Assembly (NCBI RefSeq): GCF_000143415.4 | Contig: NW_003314301.1 | Span: 4,930-68,929 of the forward strand | Length of the DNA: 64,000 nucleotides | Direction of reading: 5' to 3' | From: Selaginella moellendorffii | Taxonomy: Eukaryota; Plantae; Lycopodiophyta | Part shown: positions 51,163 to 64,000 of the stretch, piece after piece | Layout: every line of letters starts with the position of its first letter | How positions within the stretch are numbered: position 1 is the first letter of the stretch | Notes under the pieces: generated by a model | What the model was told of the DNA's origin: nothing | The model's input: the letters and a program-made list of their open reading frames with translations, nothing else | The model's database searches: none | Program-made: the position numbers and the translations under genes

Positions 51163-51450
51163 CATCCGAGAGAATAAGAAACCAGGCCACCTGTTGCTCG
51201 GACAAGCAATCTCCCAAACCCTTGGCTTTGACCAGTTTTGCCCTCCTTGGTCTTCTGCAAGAAGCGTATGAATCACTGACAATCCCGTAATTGTGTGGAG
51301 GTCTTCATTCTCCCAGTTAACCCTCCCAGAGTGCTTCCATGACGAGTTGCCTAGCTCCACCATTGCCTATGGCTTGAAAAGGAGATTCAATAAGCAAGCT
51401 TCGGACTGGATAGAAAGAAATCCATGCACAAGTCCAATGGTGCAGTCTCT
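51160..51450 (-). pseudogene. FAN1 3' fragment (VRR-NUC region, internally deleted)
   Basis: Homologous to 57120-57503; continues at 55570 on the other side of the Copia element. Confidence 0.85.
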
Positions 51451-51494
51451 ACGAAATAACACAAAACAAGGTTTTTTCAACACAAAGAGCCTCT

Positions 51495-54400
51495 TGTAAC
51501 GTGTGAAAGAAAAGCAGAGCAAGAACAACAGATTTCACTTCAACACCCACATTGATTCATGTATGGCTGTATATATATATACAACTTCAATCAAATCAGA
51601 AATCACTAGAGATCTAATCAAGATTTGGACTGCTTTTGATATGAATCGTCTTGCTTGTCATGTTCATCATTATTCCTACACTCCGCCTTCAAGCTGAGGG
51701 CACTTGACACTCCAAGTTGATTCCTTAGCTTGATGAATGTGAGCTTTGAAAGTGGCTTGGTTAGAAGGTCTGCCAATTGATACTGTGAAGGAACATATTC
51801 CAGGTGAAGATCTCCAGCTGCTACACATTCGCGAATGAAGTGATGCTTCATGTCTATATGTTTCGTACAAGCATGAAACATAGGATTCTTTGACATGGCA
51901 ATTGCACCTCTGCTGTCGCAATGCAGAATGGTCACATCTGATTGCTGTTGATTGAGTTCTCCAAGAGATTGATGAAGCCAGATGATCTCCCTTGCTGCTG
52001 TACTGGTAACTACGTACTCTGCTTCTGCACTGGAAAGAGCAACCATCATTTGCTTCTTGCTTCCCTGTGAAACTGGAGCACCAGCAATTGTGCAGCAAAT
52101 TCTGGAGGTTGAATGTTGTGTATCCAAGCCCAATCTGCATCACAGTAAGCTTGAAGAACAAGTTTGGACTGATTTGAGCATTTGTAAACCAATCCATGAG
52201 CAACTATTCCTTTCAAATACCTCAAAACTCTCTTTGCCATCTGCCAATGATAACAACTCGGAGACTGCATGTATCAGTTGAGGAGACCAACAGCAAAGGA
52301 GATGTCGGGGCGAGTCATGTTGGCGAGGTAGAGTAGTCCTCCAACAAGTGATCAGTAGACCGAGGGCTGATCAAATAAATCATCCATCTTGCTTATGAAC
52401 TTGATGCCAGTGATGACTGGTGTAGCCACGGATTTGCAATTTGTCATGTTGAACTGGTTGAGAAGCTTCTTCACATATTGGTGCTGTGTGAGGGTGATTG
52501 TTCTGTCTGCTTCATCCCTAACAGCTGTTGTACAGCTCCTAAGTCCTTCATCACAAACCTATCCATGAGCTTGACCTTCACATCCTTCAAAATAGTGTCA
52601 TTATTGCTGACAATCAAACCATTGTCCACATAAACTGCCATCACAACAAAGTGATCACCCTGCTAAAGAAGATATAGATTTCCATTACTGTTCAACCTTT
52701 ATATACCAAGACCCATAAGAAAAGAATCCAAACATTCATACCACTGACAGGAAACCTGCTTAAGGCCATAAAGAGCCTTGTGAAGCTTGCAAACGAGTTT
52801 GAAGCGCTGTGATCCAAAAAGCTCAAAGCCTGGGGGTTGCCACATAAATATCTCCTCCTTCAAGTTTCCATTAAGGAAGGCTGTTTTTACATCTATGTGA
52901 TGTGCGCGCAAACCAAACTCCGCTAAAGCGTTCTGATACTTGTCTGCTTCACAATTGGTGAGAACATCTCATCAAAATCCACTCCAGGAACTTGTGAATA
53001 TCCTTGAGCAACATGTCTTGCCTTGTAATGCTGAACTATCCATCAAGATTTCTGTGAAGCTTGAACACCCAGTATAGTCTGACAACTTCACATCCTTTAG
53101 GAGCTTCCACCAAGTCATAAGTCTAGTTCTCATCAAGAGAATTCAACTCATCTTGCATTGCTGAAATCCACTTATTTGCATCAGGAGTTTGAATCGCCTG
53201 CTCAAAGTTGATTGGTTCATAAGCTATTTCTGTTGCTGCAAAAGACCACTGCTTGGGATGAGGTGCTTTCCTTGATCGTCCAGATGATGGCCGCCCATAG
53301 TTCTCCATGTTGAATGGTAGATCACGTGTGATTCTGTTGACTTCTCCAATTCGTGCACGATGAGCAGCATTGCCCTGTTCTTCAGGAAGAACAGATCTAG
53401 AGACTGGTGTTGGATGGTCGTCTACTGAAGGAGATGAGGGATAGATGATTGTCAGATCATCGTCATCTTCATCAACGTCTTCAACACCATCCCAACTCCA
53501 TTCTTCTGGAGTCCAGTTTGTGTTTTGATCTGAGCTTCCTTCTTCTTGAACGTGATCTTTGTAGAGTGTTCCTTCATTAAAACGAACGTCAGTGCTTACA
53601 AAAACGATGATGATGATGATGATGATTACCAGGCTGGTATAGGTGATATCCTTTTGAATTGAAGTCATATCCAACAAGAAAGGCCAGCTTGCTTCTGCTA
53701 TGAATTGCTTGAATTTGCTGAAGACTTCATCTTTGTGATGAAGAAAGAAGACGTCTGTGTGCCTCGAGAAATCATTTGTAAATGTCACAAAATACTTCAA
53801 GCAAACAGTCACATGGGTCCACAAACATCTGAGTGAACAAGCTGCAAGGGACAAGTGCTTCTAATCACAGCAGGTTTGAAAGTACGATGGGTTTACTTGC
53901 CAAGAACGCAAGTGTGACATTTTGCTGAACTTTGAAGAACGTGGTTGTTGAAGCCATCCACAAGCTCCTGCTTCTGCATACACCTGATGAGAGGGGGATT
54001 GGCATGTGCAAGTCGAGCATGCCAAAGAGAACTATCTGCAGTCATGCATATCTCAAGAGCGTTTGATTTTTCTCCAGAAGCTATCTCCTTCTCAAATAGG
54101 TTACCACATCTGGAAAATGCATGGACGACCATTTGCAAGAACTTGACATTGATGTTTGGAGAAATTCACATCCAGACCTTCATCCGTAAGCCTGGCTACA
54201 GAAACCAGATTCTTCACTATCTTTGGAACATACCATGCATTCTTCAAGAGCAGAGACTTTCTTCCCAGTGGAACTCACACATCCCCAGTTGCGCGAACAG
54301 GTAAAATGCTTCCATCTCCCACATGAATGCACTTCCCTTTTGCAGCATGCAACTGCACAAAGTTCGACCGGCTTTGCATCAGTGAATCGATGGTCAATTT

Positions 54401-55552
54401 TTCAGAAACATTTGGAACTGCTACCTTAGATGATGCCACAAGTTCATGTGTTTCCCCTTCCTAAGCATTTGCTGCAAGCCCTATGTTCATGCACTGCAGC
54501 CAAGTTGCAACTGGGCAATCCTTGGAGTAGTGTCCTGGCATCCCACAGGTCCAGCATTCCTGTTTGTTCTTGCCCACAAAACAATCTCGAACTGCTGCTT
54601 CTTTACCAGAATTCCATGAATTCTGCTGCTGCTGCAGATTTCCCCTAAACCCACAACCTCTGCCTCATCCTCCTCTTCCGTGGCCTCCTCTGCCTTGATG
54701 ATTTCCAGCCCACAGAGCTAAATCAGTCCCCGACTGATTGCTTGATGCAGAAACATTTGATGTAAACTGTGACATCAAAACATGGAAAGGCTTCTGATCA
54801 AAGTCCACAATCAAACCTCTCACAGCCAGCTCCAAGCGTAAAGTTTGATCAGCTTGTTCAAAGTTGAGCGACATCATGCGAATGGTAGGGATGAAAGAAC
54901 TAAAAGAAGAATCTTGCATGGCCTCGCAAAGCGCTAGAACTTTCTTGCTTTTGTTGAACGCCGCCAGACTGCCTTCAAGCTCCATCCACAAATCTTGCAT
55001 CTTGGCGAGGAACTCTTCAAAGTTCTCACCTGGATGAAAACGGGTCTCACGAATGCAAGTCTCGACCATGCTGATCTTGGAGAGGGAAAGAACAGCATAC
55101 TTGTTGTGAAGATGAGCCCAGATCTCACAAGCACTCTTATGATGCAAACGCATCATAAGGGCATCTGCAAGGTTAGAAAGAATCAATCCTTTTGCTCGAG
55201 ATTCCTTCTTTTCCAGCGCAGCTTGTTCCCCAAGATCAAGCTGTTGTCGAGCTGCTGCAACAGAGGCACGAATTGCCTCTCTTCATCCACAACTTCTCCT
55301 TCCACTGAAGTTGAAGCTCCCAACGCAGCAGGGGCTCACCACGTATGAGCATCTGCAGCAATTGTCAGTGGTGAAACGATTTCTTCTTCCATCTGCAGCA
55401 CGCGCATCATTTTCTCAGACTAGGTGTTGAACCCTCTCCTCCCATTAAAGGCAGTGACTCCCTAAAGCAAGATCAATCCAACTTTGCTGCAGCTCATGAT
55501 GTGAGGCACAAAGAAAGGAGAAGAAAGAATTCAGAAACTGAGCTCTGATACC
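51495..55552 (-). mobile_element. Degenerate Ty1/copia element lacking its 5' LTR
   Basis: PBS GGTATCAGAGC at 55542-55552; gag; LWHARLAH..CHTCVLGK; RT IDVKTAFLNG and KALYGLKQ; RNaseH YCDADWA, SSAEAEY, TKHIDMKHHFIRE; PPT then TGTAGGAA at 51680; left boundary uncertain. Confidence 0.9.
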
Positions 55553-55569
55553 TACAGAGCAGAAGAAGT

Positions 55570-55950
55570 CCACAAGAAAATGAAACAAGAACCTGAAGTG
55601 TGTCTGGAAGACATCTGGAACGAGTTTCTCTTCCCACTTGGTAGGCAAGTATCTGGACAAGACAAACCACAACCTGCTTGAATCAAAACAGAGCAAACTC
55701 CAAACCAAGATGGCAACTGACAAGAAGTTCATTCCCGCGTTTGCTTCCCACAGGGCAGTCACAACAAGCTAAGCTGCTTGACATCACAGCACTCCAAGAA
55801 AACGATTACAAGCTCGATCACTCACCTGAGCTGGCAGAGCGTCCTGGAGTGACACACTGCGTTGCCGCTTCCCTACAACCCGAATCAAGCTCTCGCGGCC
55901 CTGGAGCATTGTAATGCCGCCTTAGCGGACCGGCCGCTTCCTCCTCGCCC
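55570..55950 (-). pseudogene. FAN1 5' fragment fused to a 3' piece
   Basis: 55625-55912 matches 60075-60420 and 55570-55622 matches 57527-57580. Confidence 0.82.
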
Positions 55951-56089
55951 TCCCAATAGACCTCAACCGTACTCACACAGAAAAAAACCATTTCATAGAA
56001 CTTTTCATCTGCAAACACGACATCCTTGTAGATAACTTATTCATCTTTAGCTAGTAGCTCATCTAAGCTCGAAGAATCTGAACGGCGCG

Positions 56090-56450
56090 GAAGAAAAACC
56101 TGTGATCGGTGGAAGAAGCGGTCGTCAGCTGCATTCTTGCCTCCAACACAATGATCCGGCCATGTCGTTCCATAGGTGCACAAAGTAGTGGCGCCGGGGC
56201 AATCCAGTCGCCACTTCCCAGGAAAGATCTTGGGCTGCGAAAACAAGCGTCTGTCCGGCACCACCGGGCGAGCTCAGGATCACCTGGTTGTAAAAGATTT
56301 CGTTTCCTGCGGTGGAGAACGCAGCATTGGTGCTGCGAAGCTCCATTGATTCTTGCGTGCATCGAAGACGCTCACCGATTTGCAAGGAGATAGAGCTTGG
56401 GACCCAGAGCCCTGCACTCGAATCCTCCCGTGTTGGGCTCATCCTGGCGA
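56090..56450 (-). pseudogene. Kelch gene fragment
   Basis: Homologous to 4305-4790 (FAAQDLSWEVA..RHYFVH). Confidence 0.7.
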
Positions 56451-56469
56451 GCAAGTCACATTCTGCTAT

Positions 56470-56840
56470 CACATATGCCCACTTTGGGCATCATGACGAG
56501 GCAAAGGTGGTGACCTGGACGACAATAGTGAGCACATATGCCCCGATTGACGAGGCAAAGACTTTGTCATGCCGCAACGAGCTCTTCGGGCTTGGCTCGG
56601 GCCGAGACATGCATCACGCCAGCCAAATCTTCTTTGGGATGCCTCAGTGCGATGATGGTTAGTCTCTACATGTTCTCCCAACGGACTCCATGCCCACAAT
56701 GGGGATATGGAGCAAGCAACTGCATTGTTCGATAGGATACTCATCAAGGATGACAGAGTCGCGGGGGATGTTCTTTAAGGTGCATGGAATCCCTCGTGAT
56801 TCATCTCTTTGGAACTCGCATTTCCTGATCCTCCACCGAG
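56470..56840 (+). pseudogene. PPR fragments
   Basis: VVTWTTIVSTYA..IDEAK; ASQIFFGMPQCD. Confidence 0.55.
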
Positions 56841-57066
56841 AGGATCTTTAAGATGACGGTGGAGGCCGAGTGGTGATTCTATCACCTCGCGGTCCCGATC
56901 GAAGAGCTCTTGAGACGGTGACACTGAGGACTTGGCACTGGCTGTGTGTAGCGCGCAATGGATTCTTGGCAGTCCACAGCGGGTGCTTACCGGTTCTTAT
57001 GACTTCAAGCAAGGCGGAGCAAGTTGCAGAGGCCTGCGCAGCCGTCTCGGGCCCGGCACTACTCAT

Positions 57067-60000
57067 CTAGGATCGATCATTCATCGTCTTGGAGACCTTG
57101 CAAAGTTCCACTGGAACATTAGCGTCCGAGAGAATCAGAAACCAGGCCACCTGTTGCTCGGACAAGCGATCCCCTGGACCCTTGACTTCGGCCAGCCTCG
57201 CCTCTTTCTCCTTCCACAGCAGAAGATCAGGCATTCCAGCCGTCCAGTTACTGTGGTCTTCTGCAAGAAGCTTGCAAATCACCGACAATCCTGGACCTCC
57301 GATACAGACCGTTATTGTTTGAAGGTCTTCAAGCGAGTACTTCTCCCAGTTTACCCCGCTACATGATGTCCCGTAGTGCTCTGCCCAAGTCTCAGCCACG
57401 AGTTGCCTAGCTCCGCCATCGCGTATGGCTTGAAGACGAGATTCAATAAGCGAGCTTCGGACTGGATAGAATGAATCCGTGCACAAGTCCAATGGTGCAG
57501 TCTGCAAACAAGAACTGTAGAGCAACCACGAGAAAATGAAACAAGAACCTGAAAAGGTGTCTGGAAGACATCTGGAACGTCTGAAAAGATAACATCCCAC
57601 ATGAGCAGCCCGAACAATGTCAGCCATATGCCACTTTCTGAATGGACTCCTTTCCAGCCGCCTCCATCTTCTCCGGCATAGTATTGAAGTGCCAGGTCCT
57701 CCACACTGCATTGTTGCCCATCGTAGCCATAAAATCTGCTCTTCATTCCATTGGCATTGTTTAGCGGCCTTCCCATAATCGTCACCTTCAGAAACAGAGT
57801 TGTAGCTGAAGGCCAAATATCTGGAAGACACAGTACGTACCACCTTTTGTTTTTTCTTTAAAAGCGCTGCATATGGAGGTACTTTCCACCTTCTAGGAGG
57901 TTTTCCTAGTCGGAGAACCCTCCGTTGCAAAGCAATACGATCCCCTCCTCGGACGCTGAAATCATTTAATCCGTTTTCTGCAACGAGCAGGCTCTCTTCT
58001 AAACGCTGTAAGTGCTCCAAGTCAATAGATAGCCGGAGAGTCCAGTATCCTCTCCGTCCAGGACAATACTGCATGCTAAGGAGCTGCTTGAAGAGGTTTA
58101 TAGCTTCAGCATATCTGGTCAAGAGCCAGTTTTAGTTCAAAAGTATTGTTCGCCATTGGTGAAAGAGCGTACCTGCGTTCTTTCTCCAGAAACGATGCAG
58201 CCACAGTACAGATTGTTGCATACACCCATGCAGCCGAAAATCGTGCTAAAAATGGATGCTTGATCTCGGTGTGTGCATTGATCAATTCGAGAGTAGTCCT
58301 TGCTTTTCGAAAAGAGGAGTTTACAGCCTCAGAATTACCAGCTTCCAGAGACATGTCAACCACCTGAGCCAATTGCAATGCCTGAAAACTCGACGGTCAG
58401 ACAAATTTTATAACAAAGTAGGAACGGACCTGCTCATACGCCAGAAAGTCCTCTCGAGAAGCAAAGACTGGCATTGTTCTAGCGCACCTATAGCTTGGAT
58501 ACTTGATCCTTCCAATATCCACAAGAAGAAAAACATGGAACTCCTGCTCACCGTTTAGAAAGAACAGCCTCTGAATAAATAAATAAATAAATAAATAAAT
58601 TGCTCAGCACCAGCAGTGTAACACTTTGGAGAGGATGTCAACTGACCTGTAAACGCCAAAGTAGAACTTCAAGTGTTTCGGCTATTCGAATGCATGGGCC
58701 GGTTGCTTCACGAATTAAAGCCGTTAGATTACTGCCGCCAAGTATTTCACGCTTGTATAAAAAACCAATGATCACTTGCTACTTACAAATGCAGCGAAAT
58801 TAATGCATCTCGAATTGCTGTAATAAGCTGAATCTTTTTCAAACTTAGCGTAGCACTTTTGATCTGTAAGCAGGAACAGAAATGAAAACAAGGAAGAAAG
58901 TCTTAGAAGTAACTACCATGATTTTGCTGTTCACTGCCAAATCTTTGAGCTCTTGTACAGTCAGATGTTCAAGCAACTCCGACGAATTGACGTCCGCGTT
59001 GAAAACTAAGTAGCGTCTCTCTGTTACAAGGGAGCAAACATATTATGAAGTACACGATGAAAGAAATTGAGTACCGACTAACTCATGGACTGCAGAATTT
59101 GTGTCACCAATATCTTCATAGAAAATGTTCTGAAGACGGAACCATGGCCCTGCAAAACCACAGTCTCCCTTGAGTCACAGTTTGTGCGACGGTGTTTAGC
59201 TTACCCTTTCGTTGAGCCAATCTTACAAAAAGGCGCTGTCCATCAGACGAGATTGAACGAAATGCCTCGAGAAGTTCGATCTCGTCTGGAGTAAAGAGAT
59301 GGAGATCCCGTTCCAATACCACTTGGAGCATGTAGAGAAAATTCTGTTGGTATCGACAGCCGTGGTCTTGTCCCTTGTCAGCTGCATCCATCAGACGGCT
59401 CCATTTGACAGCCAGCACTTTTTCTTCTGAGAGACTTCCAATAGTCCGACTCTGGATCTCACGCAAATCAAGCTTGAGGCGTGCAGCTTCCGATGTACTC
59501 TCGGAGACATATCCCTGAAAGCTTTGTGAACAATTGAAAAACGCCCCAGAGATTAGTTACCTGAACGTCTACCACGCCTTTGTCCATGAGAGGAGACAAA
59601 TAACGCGAAAGCTCTTTTGGAATATGTCCCAGCGAAAGCCCATCCGCCGTAAGCACCTGGCGCAATGTTGTTGTCAGCCATGAAACACGTCCATTCAGTC
59701 AAGCTTACCTTCACAGCGTATGTATCCATGGGATTTTCTGGTTCCCTTACCAGGTGAACTCGCATCCCAGCTTGGCACTCGACGTCTCTGTGGTACTTGC
59801 GGCCAGCAATCCTTGCCTCCAGGCAGCCATTGTAAAGATCTCTAGTTTCACTGTTGAGCTCTGCCGGAAGGACGCTGTTGGCCACGTCGGGCTCCTCAAA
59901 GCATTCAAGAGTAGAAGAAACTTCCGGTTCCGGAGACCCTGCCGCCGTGTTACAGTCGACCCCAGTCTCGAGCGGAGGAGACTGCTGGATTTCTAGTACG

Positions 60001-60419
60001 CAGTTTCCGCTTTCCTCATACTCTACCTTTTTCGACAAGTTGAAGTGAAAGAGTGTATGCTGGACACTGTTCTTCTTTTTCTTCCCACGTTGCAGGCAAG
60101 TATCTGGACAAGAGACACCATCGATCAGCGTGCTTGAATCAAAACAGAGCAAAATCCAAACCAAGATGGCAGTTGACGAGAAGTTCATTCCCGCGTATTT
60201 GCTTCCCACACACAGGGCATTCCACCCAGTCACAACAAGCTAAGCTCAGGCCTCCTTTTATTTCCAGCGAAACATCACCGCACTCCAACTCTTCCTGCAG
60301 GAAAACGATCACAGATCCACCCAAGAAATAGAAGCTCGATCACTCACCCGAGCCGGGAGTGACACATTGCGCTGCCGCTTCCCAACAAGCCGAATCAAGC
60401 TCTCACGGCCCCGGAGCAT
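57067..60419 (-). CDS. FAN1: Fanconi-associated nuclease 1 homologue (multi-exon)
   Basis: Start MLRGRESLIRLVGKR; UBZ CPVCG..NCHLD; HIRAN IAGRKY..LVREPENPMDTYAVKV; RRGYWTLRL; VRR-NUC GMPDLLLW..EVKGPGDRLSEQQ; short GT-AG introns. Confidence 0.93.
58575..58600. repeat. (AAAT)n microsatellite at a FAN1 intron acceptor
   Basis: Directly visible. Confidence 0.9.
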
Positions 60420-60787
60420 TGCTGAGATTACCGCATGGCACACCGCCGAGCTGTGTGTAGGACGCTTCCTCTTCGCAGACCTAAACCCTAGCCAAATAAA
60501 ATATTTCCCTCCATTCCTTTGAATTCACTTAAGCCTCAGTAATAAATCTTTGATCATATTAGCTTATTTTAGTGCACATCAATGAATTTTAATAGATGCC
60601 TTCAAAGTTTGGTCACTTGTATTACAAGCAAGATCTTAGCGTGCTTCGACCAAGGAGAGAAGTTAATATCTAGACGGCATTTCAAGGCTATGAAGCCCAT
60701 ATAAATCGCAATCCCACTCAAGGCTATAAAAACAGCCCCAAAATTCCATTGCACAACCACGGTTCTCATACTATCCTTTTAAGTACC
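60420..60787. promoter_or_regulatory. Short divergent intergenic promoter region between FAN1 and chitinase
   Basis: ~370 bp between ATGs; telo-box AAACCCTA at 60483-60490, site-II-like AGCCCA at ~60694, TATAAAA at ~60725. Confidence 0.5.
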
Positions 60788-61613
60788 ATGGCATTAGTCA
60801 TGATAATGTTTATGCTATGCCTCCTAGGATTTTCTCCGTTCTCAACACTGGCATCTCCCTCTAGTATTATAACTGTGTCTGTGTTTAGGAAGTTCTTCCC
60901 ATCCAACATCGCGAATCCTTTCTACACATACAACGATTTCATTGCGGCAACAAAATACTATCCCACGTTTGGAAGCACAGGGAGTCTTGATGTTCAAAAG
61001 AGGGAACTGGCGGCCTACTTTGCAAATGTGAAGCAGGAGACTGGAAGTAAACTCGGATAGCATTTATCCATTAATCTCACTAATGTCTTGAAGTTTGTAT
61101 ATGGTTGCTTGGCTGTAGCACTGCAATACATTCGAGAGATCAACCGAAACAACGTCTATTGTGACACTAGTCGTGGGATCCCATGTCCTGCAGGTACAAA
61201 GGCTTACTATGGAAGAGGACCTTTGCAGCTCACCTGGTAAGCTGAAAATGTTATATTCAAAATTTAAAGTGTATATATACAGGAATTACAATTACAATGC
61301 TGCTGGAAAGGCTTTCAACATGAACCTCCTCCAAAATCCAGACCAGGTTGCTCAGAATGGCGTCCTTTCGTGGAGGTCATCATTGTGGTTTTGGATGCAA
61401 AATTCGAATTGCCACGCCGCAATAACACAGAACCAAGGATTTGGAGCTACAATTCGAGCCATCAATGGAGGGGAGTGTGGCAAGGGCCGTGAGACACAAC
61501 CCGCACAGAACCGTATCAATTATTACAAGAAATTTTGCTCACAGTTGGGTGTTTCACCAGGTGGGAACCTTGGCTGTGCTAAACAAATGATTTTTAAAGT
61601 AACTAGCTACTAA
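60788..61613 (+). CDS. Secreted GH19 chitinase, loopless, no chitin-binding domain; 3 exons
   Basis: Signal peptide; FYTYNDFIAA; KRELAAYFANVKQETG; YIREI; YYGRGPLQLTWNYNY; GFGATIRAINGGEC; introns ~61048-61118 and ~61237-61282. Confidence 0.93.
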
Positions 61614-62419
61614 GTAATGTATTATTAAAAACAAATAATTAATCTGGAAATTAGAGATCTTGGATTAGTTTCTAGAAATCTTTACAGTAGCAAGAAGTAC
61701 TAGAGGAGAATGGTGGAAAGTCATGTATAAGAAAGCCGAGAACAATATCTTGCCTATCAGTCTACTTATAAAATGGGTAAAGTTGTAAGATGATGGATAT
61801 CTAAAACAATTTAGTATCTAAAAAGCATTGCTGATATTACTGCATGAGACATGACGCCTCGGCCACTTCCTCCTCGCAGACAACCCTAGCCAAGTCTACT
61901 CACATTCTTCTCGTTCGTTTTAAACAGAAATTCTAAGGACTTGCTTTGTTGCTACCATCGGTTCCATCCCACTCTCGAAGCCAATCGAGGTATCCAGTGT
62001 GATAAATTAACCTGGGGGAGGGGATTGTCGTTAAACAACGACTTGAAATAGCTAAGCAAAATACTGCCTCAGTTTAGCTTACTTTAGTGCAGATAATACG
62101 GCCCAAAAGCAAAATACTGTCTCAGTCATTCCGTAGAGATGTGCTTATAATATTAGCTTGTTTTAGTGCACATAATACGGCCCATTGAATTTTAAAATAG
62201 ACGCCTTCAAAGTTTGGTCACTTGTATTACAAGCAAACACAAAGAGATCTTCATAGCGTGCTTCGACCAAGCTAATATCTACACGGCATTTGAAGACTAT
62301 AAAGTCAATATAAATCGCAATGCACTCAAGACTATAAAAACTACAAGACTATGGCCGTTTTATATTCCATTCCAAAATTCCATTCCACAAACGAGTTCTC
62401 ATACTATCGTTTAAGTACC

Positions 62420-63032
62420 ATGGCATTAGTCATGATAATGTTTACGCTATGCCTCCTCCCTCTAACATTGTAACTGAGTCTGTGTTTAGGACCTTGCGAA
62501 TCCTTTCTAAACATTCAATGATTTCATTGCGGCAACAAAATACTATCCCACGTTTGGAAGCTCGGGGAGTCTTGATGTTCAAAAGAGGGAACTGGCTGCC
62601 TACTTTGCAAATGTGAAGCAGGAAACTGGAAGTAAAATTGCATAGCATTTATCCATTAATCTCATACTACGGAAGAGGGCCTTTGCAGCTCACCTGGTAA
62701 GTTGGAAATGTTATATTTAAAATTTAAAGAGTATATATATACATGAATTACAATTACGATGCTTCTGGAAAGGCTTTCAACATGAACCTCCTCCAAAATC
62801 TAGACCAGGTTGCTCAGAATGGCGTCCTTTTGTGGAGGTCATCAGTGTGGTTTTGGATGCAAAATTCAAATTGCCACACCGCAATAAACAGAACCAAGGA
62901 TTTGGAGCTGCAATTCGAACCACCAATGGAGGTCAGGAGTGTGGCAAGGGCAGTGAGACACACGCACAGAACCGTATCAATTATTACAAGGATTTTTGCT
63001 CACAGTTGGGTCTTTCACCAGGTTGTGCTTAA
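62420..63032 (+). pseudogene. GH19 chitinase tandem pseudogene
   Basis: Deletions in exon 1, loss of most of exon 2, mutated acceptor site. Confidence 0.88.
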
Positions 63033-63468
63033 ACAAATGTCTAATTAGTAATTAATTATAAGTTATAATTCAAGTTTCCCTGCCAGAACATGAAGGACAA
63101 GAAGACTTGGCGAGAGAGGGGGATAGAGCATGTATACCAAAGTGTGGCAATAAAGAGACTTATTTGGAGATGGCTTCGGACGACACTTGGCGGTACGACA
63201 GCGCATTGGATCAATTCGGGAAGGCGCCCCTCCCAGAACTAGTATTGTGTGTCCCATGTGCGGTCAACCGTGGCTGCGATTGTTAGAGGTTCTAGAAGTA
63301 GAGAGCAGTGTCGAGTCCACGCTCGTTGTCTTTCCGTCCTGGTTCTCCATGACAGTTTAATGCTAGGTTCATCTTCGAGTTTTAAGACAACGATCACATC
63401 GTTTCTGCAGCTCCAGAAAAGATCAGCGACATCAAGTCGACATTCTGCTCGCTCAACAATTGATTATC

Positions 63469-64000
63469 ATGGAGCTTTTGTCAATTGCGGCAGTTCTAGT
63501 GATTGCTGAGTTATTTGCTCCAGGCTTGGGTTTCCAGTGTCCAAAAGCCATGTTCTGGTTCGGGGATTCAGGGAATGTTCAAGCAAGAGCTCCGTTTATT
63601 AGTGCTGCAGAGTATAAGCCTTATGGCATGACTTTCTTCAGTAAGCCATCGAAGAGATACTCGGATGGTCGCTTGGTTGTCGACTTCTTTGGTAATTGTG
63701 TGCGTTGATTAAACAGCGTTTGATGTTATTCGTGTATGTTTTGCAGCGGAGGCTTTTGAGTATGATAGATTCCTGGATCCCATTTTGCAAAGTATTAACT
63801 CGAATTATGCCAACGGGGTGAATTTTGCGGTTTCTGGAGCGACTGCCTTGAACACCAGCTTCGAAGTCCCACTGTACCTTCCGGTTCAGATTGACCAGTT
63901 TCTGAGGTTCAAGCAGGATGCTTACGACAGCGGACATGGTAAAGGTAATGATTCTTCTCAGACTTTGCAAAGGTAGTGTCATTCATAGTTTCCTCTGTAG
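63469..64000 (+). CDS. GDSL esterase/lipase (5' exons; continues beyond the window)
   Basis: FWFGDS, PYGMTFFSKPSKRYSDGRLVVDF, GVNFAVSGATA; 12-bp deletion after the catalytic Ser relative to the 47254 copy. Confidence 0.8.

Noticed and set aside
46365-56850. Helitron or Pack-MULE boundaries around the fragment mosaic
   Set aside because: No TIR/TSD or hairpin-CTRR terminus could be identified by eye

Overview
Eukaryotic plant nuclear DNA. Very short introns, the gene-family mix and an N gap suggest the lycophyte Selaginella moellendorffii; this is inference, not verified. About 60% of the window is nested LTR retrotransposons. These include two copies of a short-LTR Ty3/gypsy family with a tRNA-Ala-type PBS, two iMet-primed long-LTR elements with no recognisable gag-pol, solo LTRs with TSDs, a chromovirus remnant carrying a TRIM in its YxDD motif, and a Copia remnant. 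Apparently intact genes are an intronless GRAS (SCL9/14-type) factor, FAN1 nuclease and a loopless GH19 chitinase. There is also a frameshifted LRR receptor-like protein, a GDSL lipase running off the right edge, and many pseudogene fragments (F-box/kelch, PPR, TTC38-like, FAN1, chitinase, GDSL) from local duplication. The most interesting signals are a kinase-less LRR-RLP with a BRI1/BRL-like island domain, a decayed Crinkler/fungal-type kinase, strongly directional C>T/G>A mutation of an LTR, an LTR family with hypervariable internal repeat arrays, and a phased -1 gag-pol junction. All assignments come from motif recognition by eye; boundaries not anchored by TSDs or start/stop codons are approximate.
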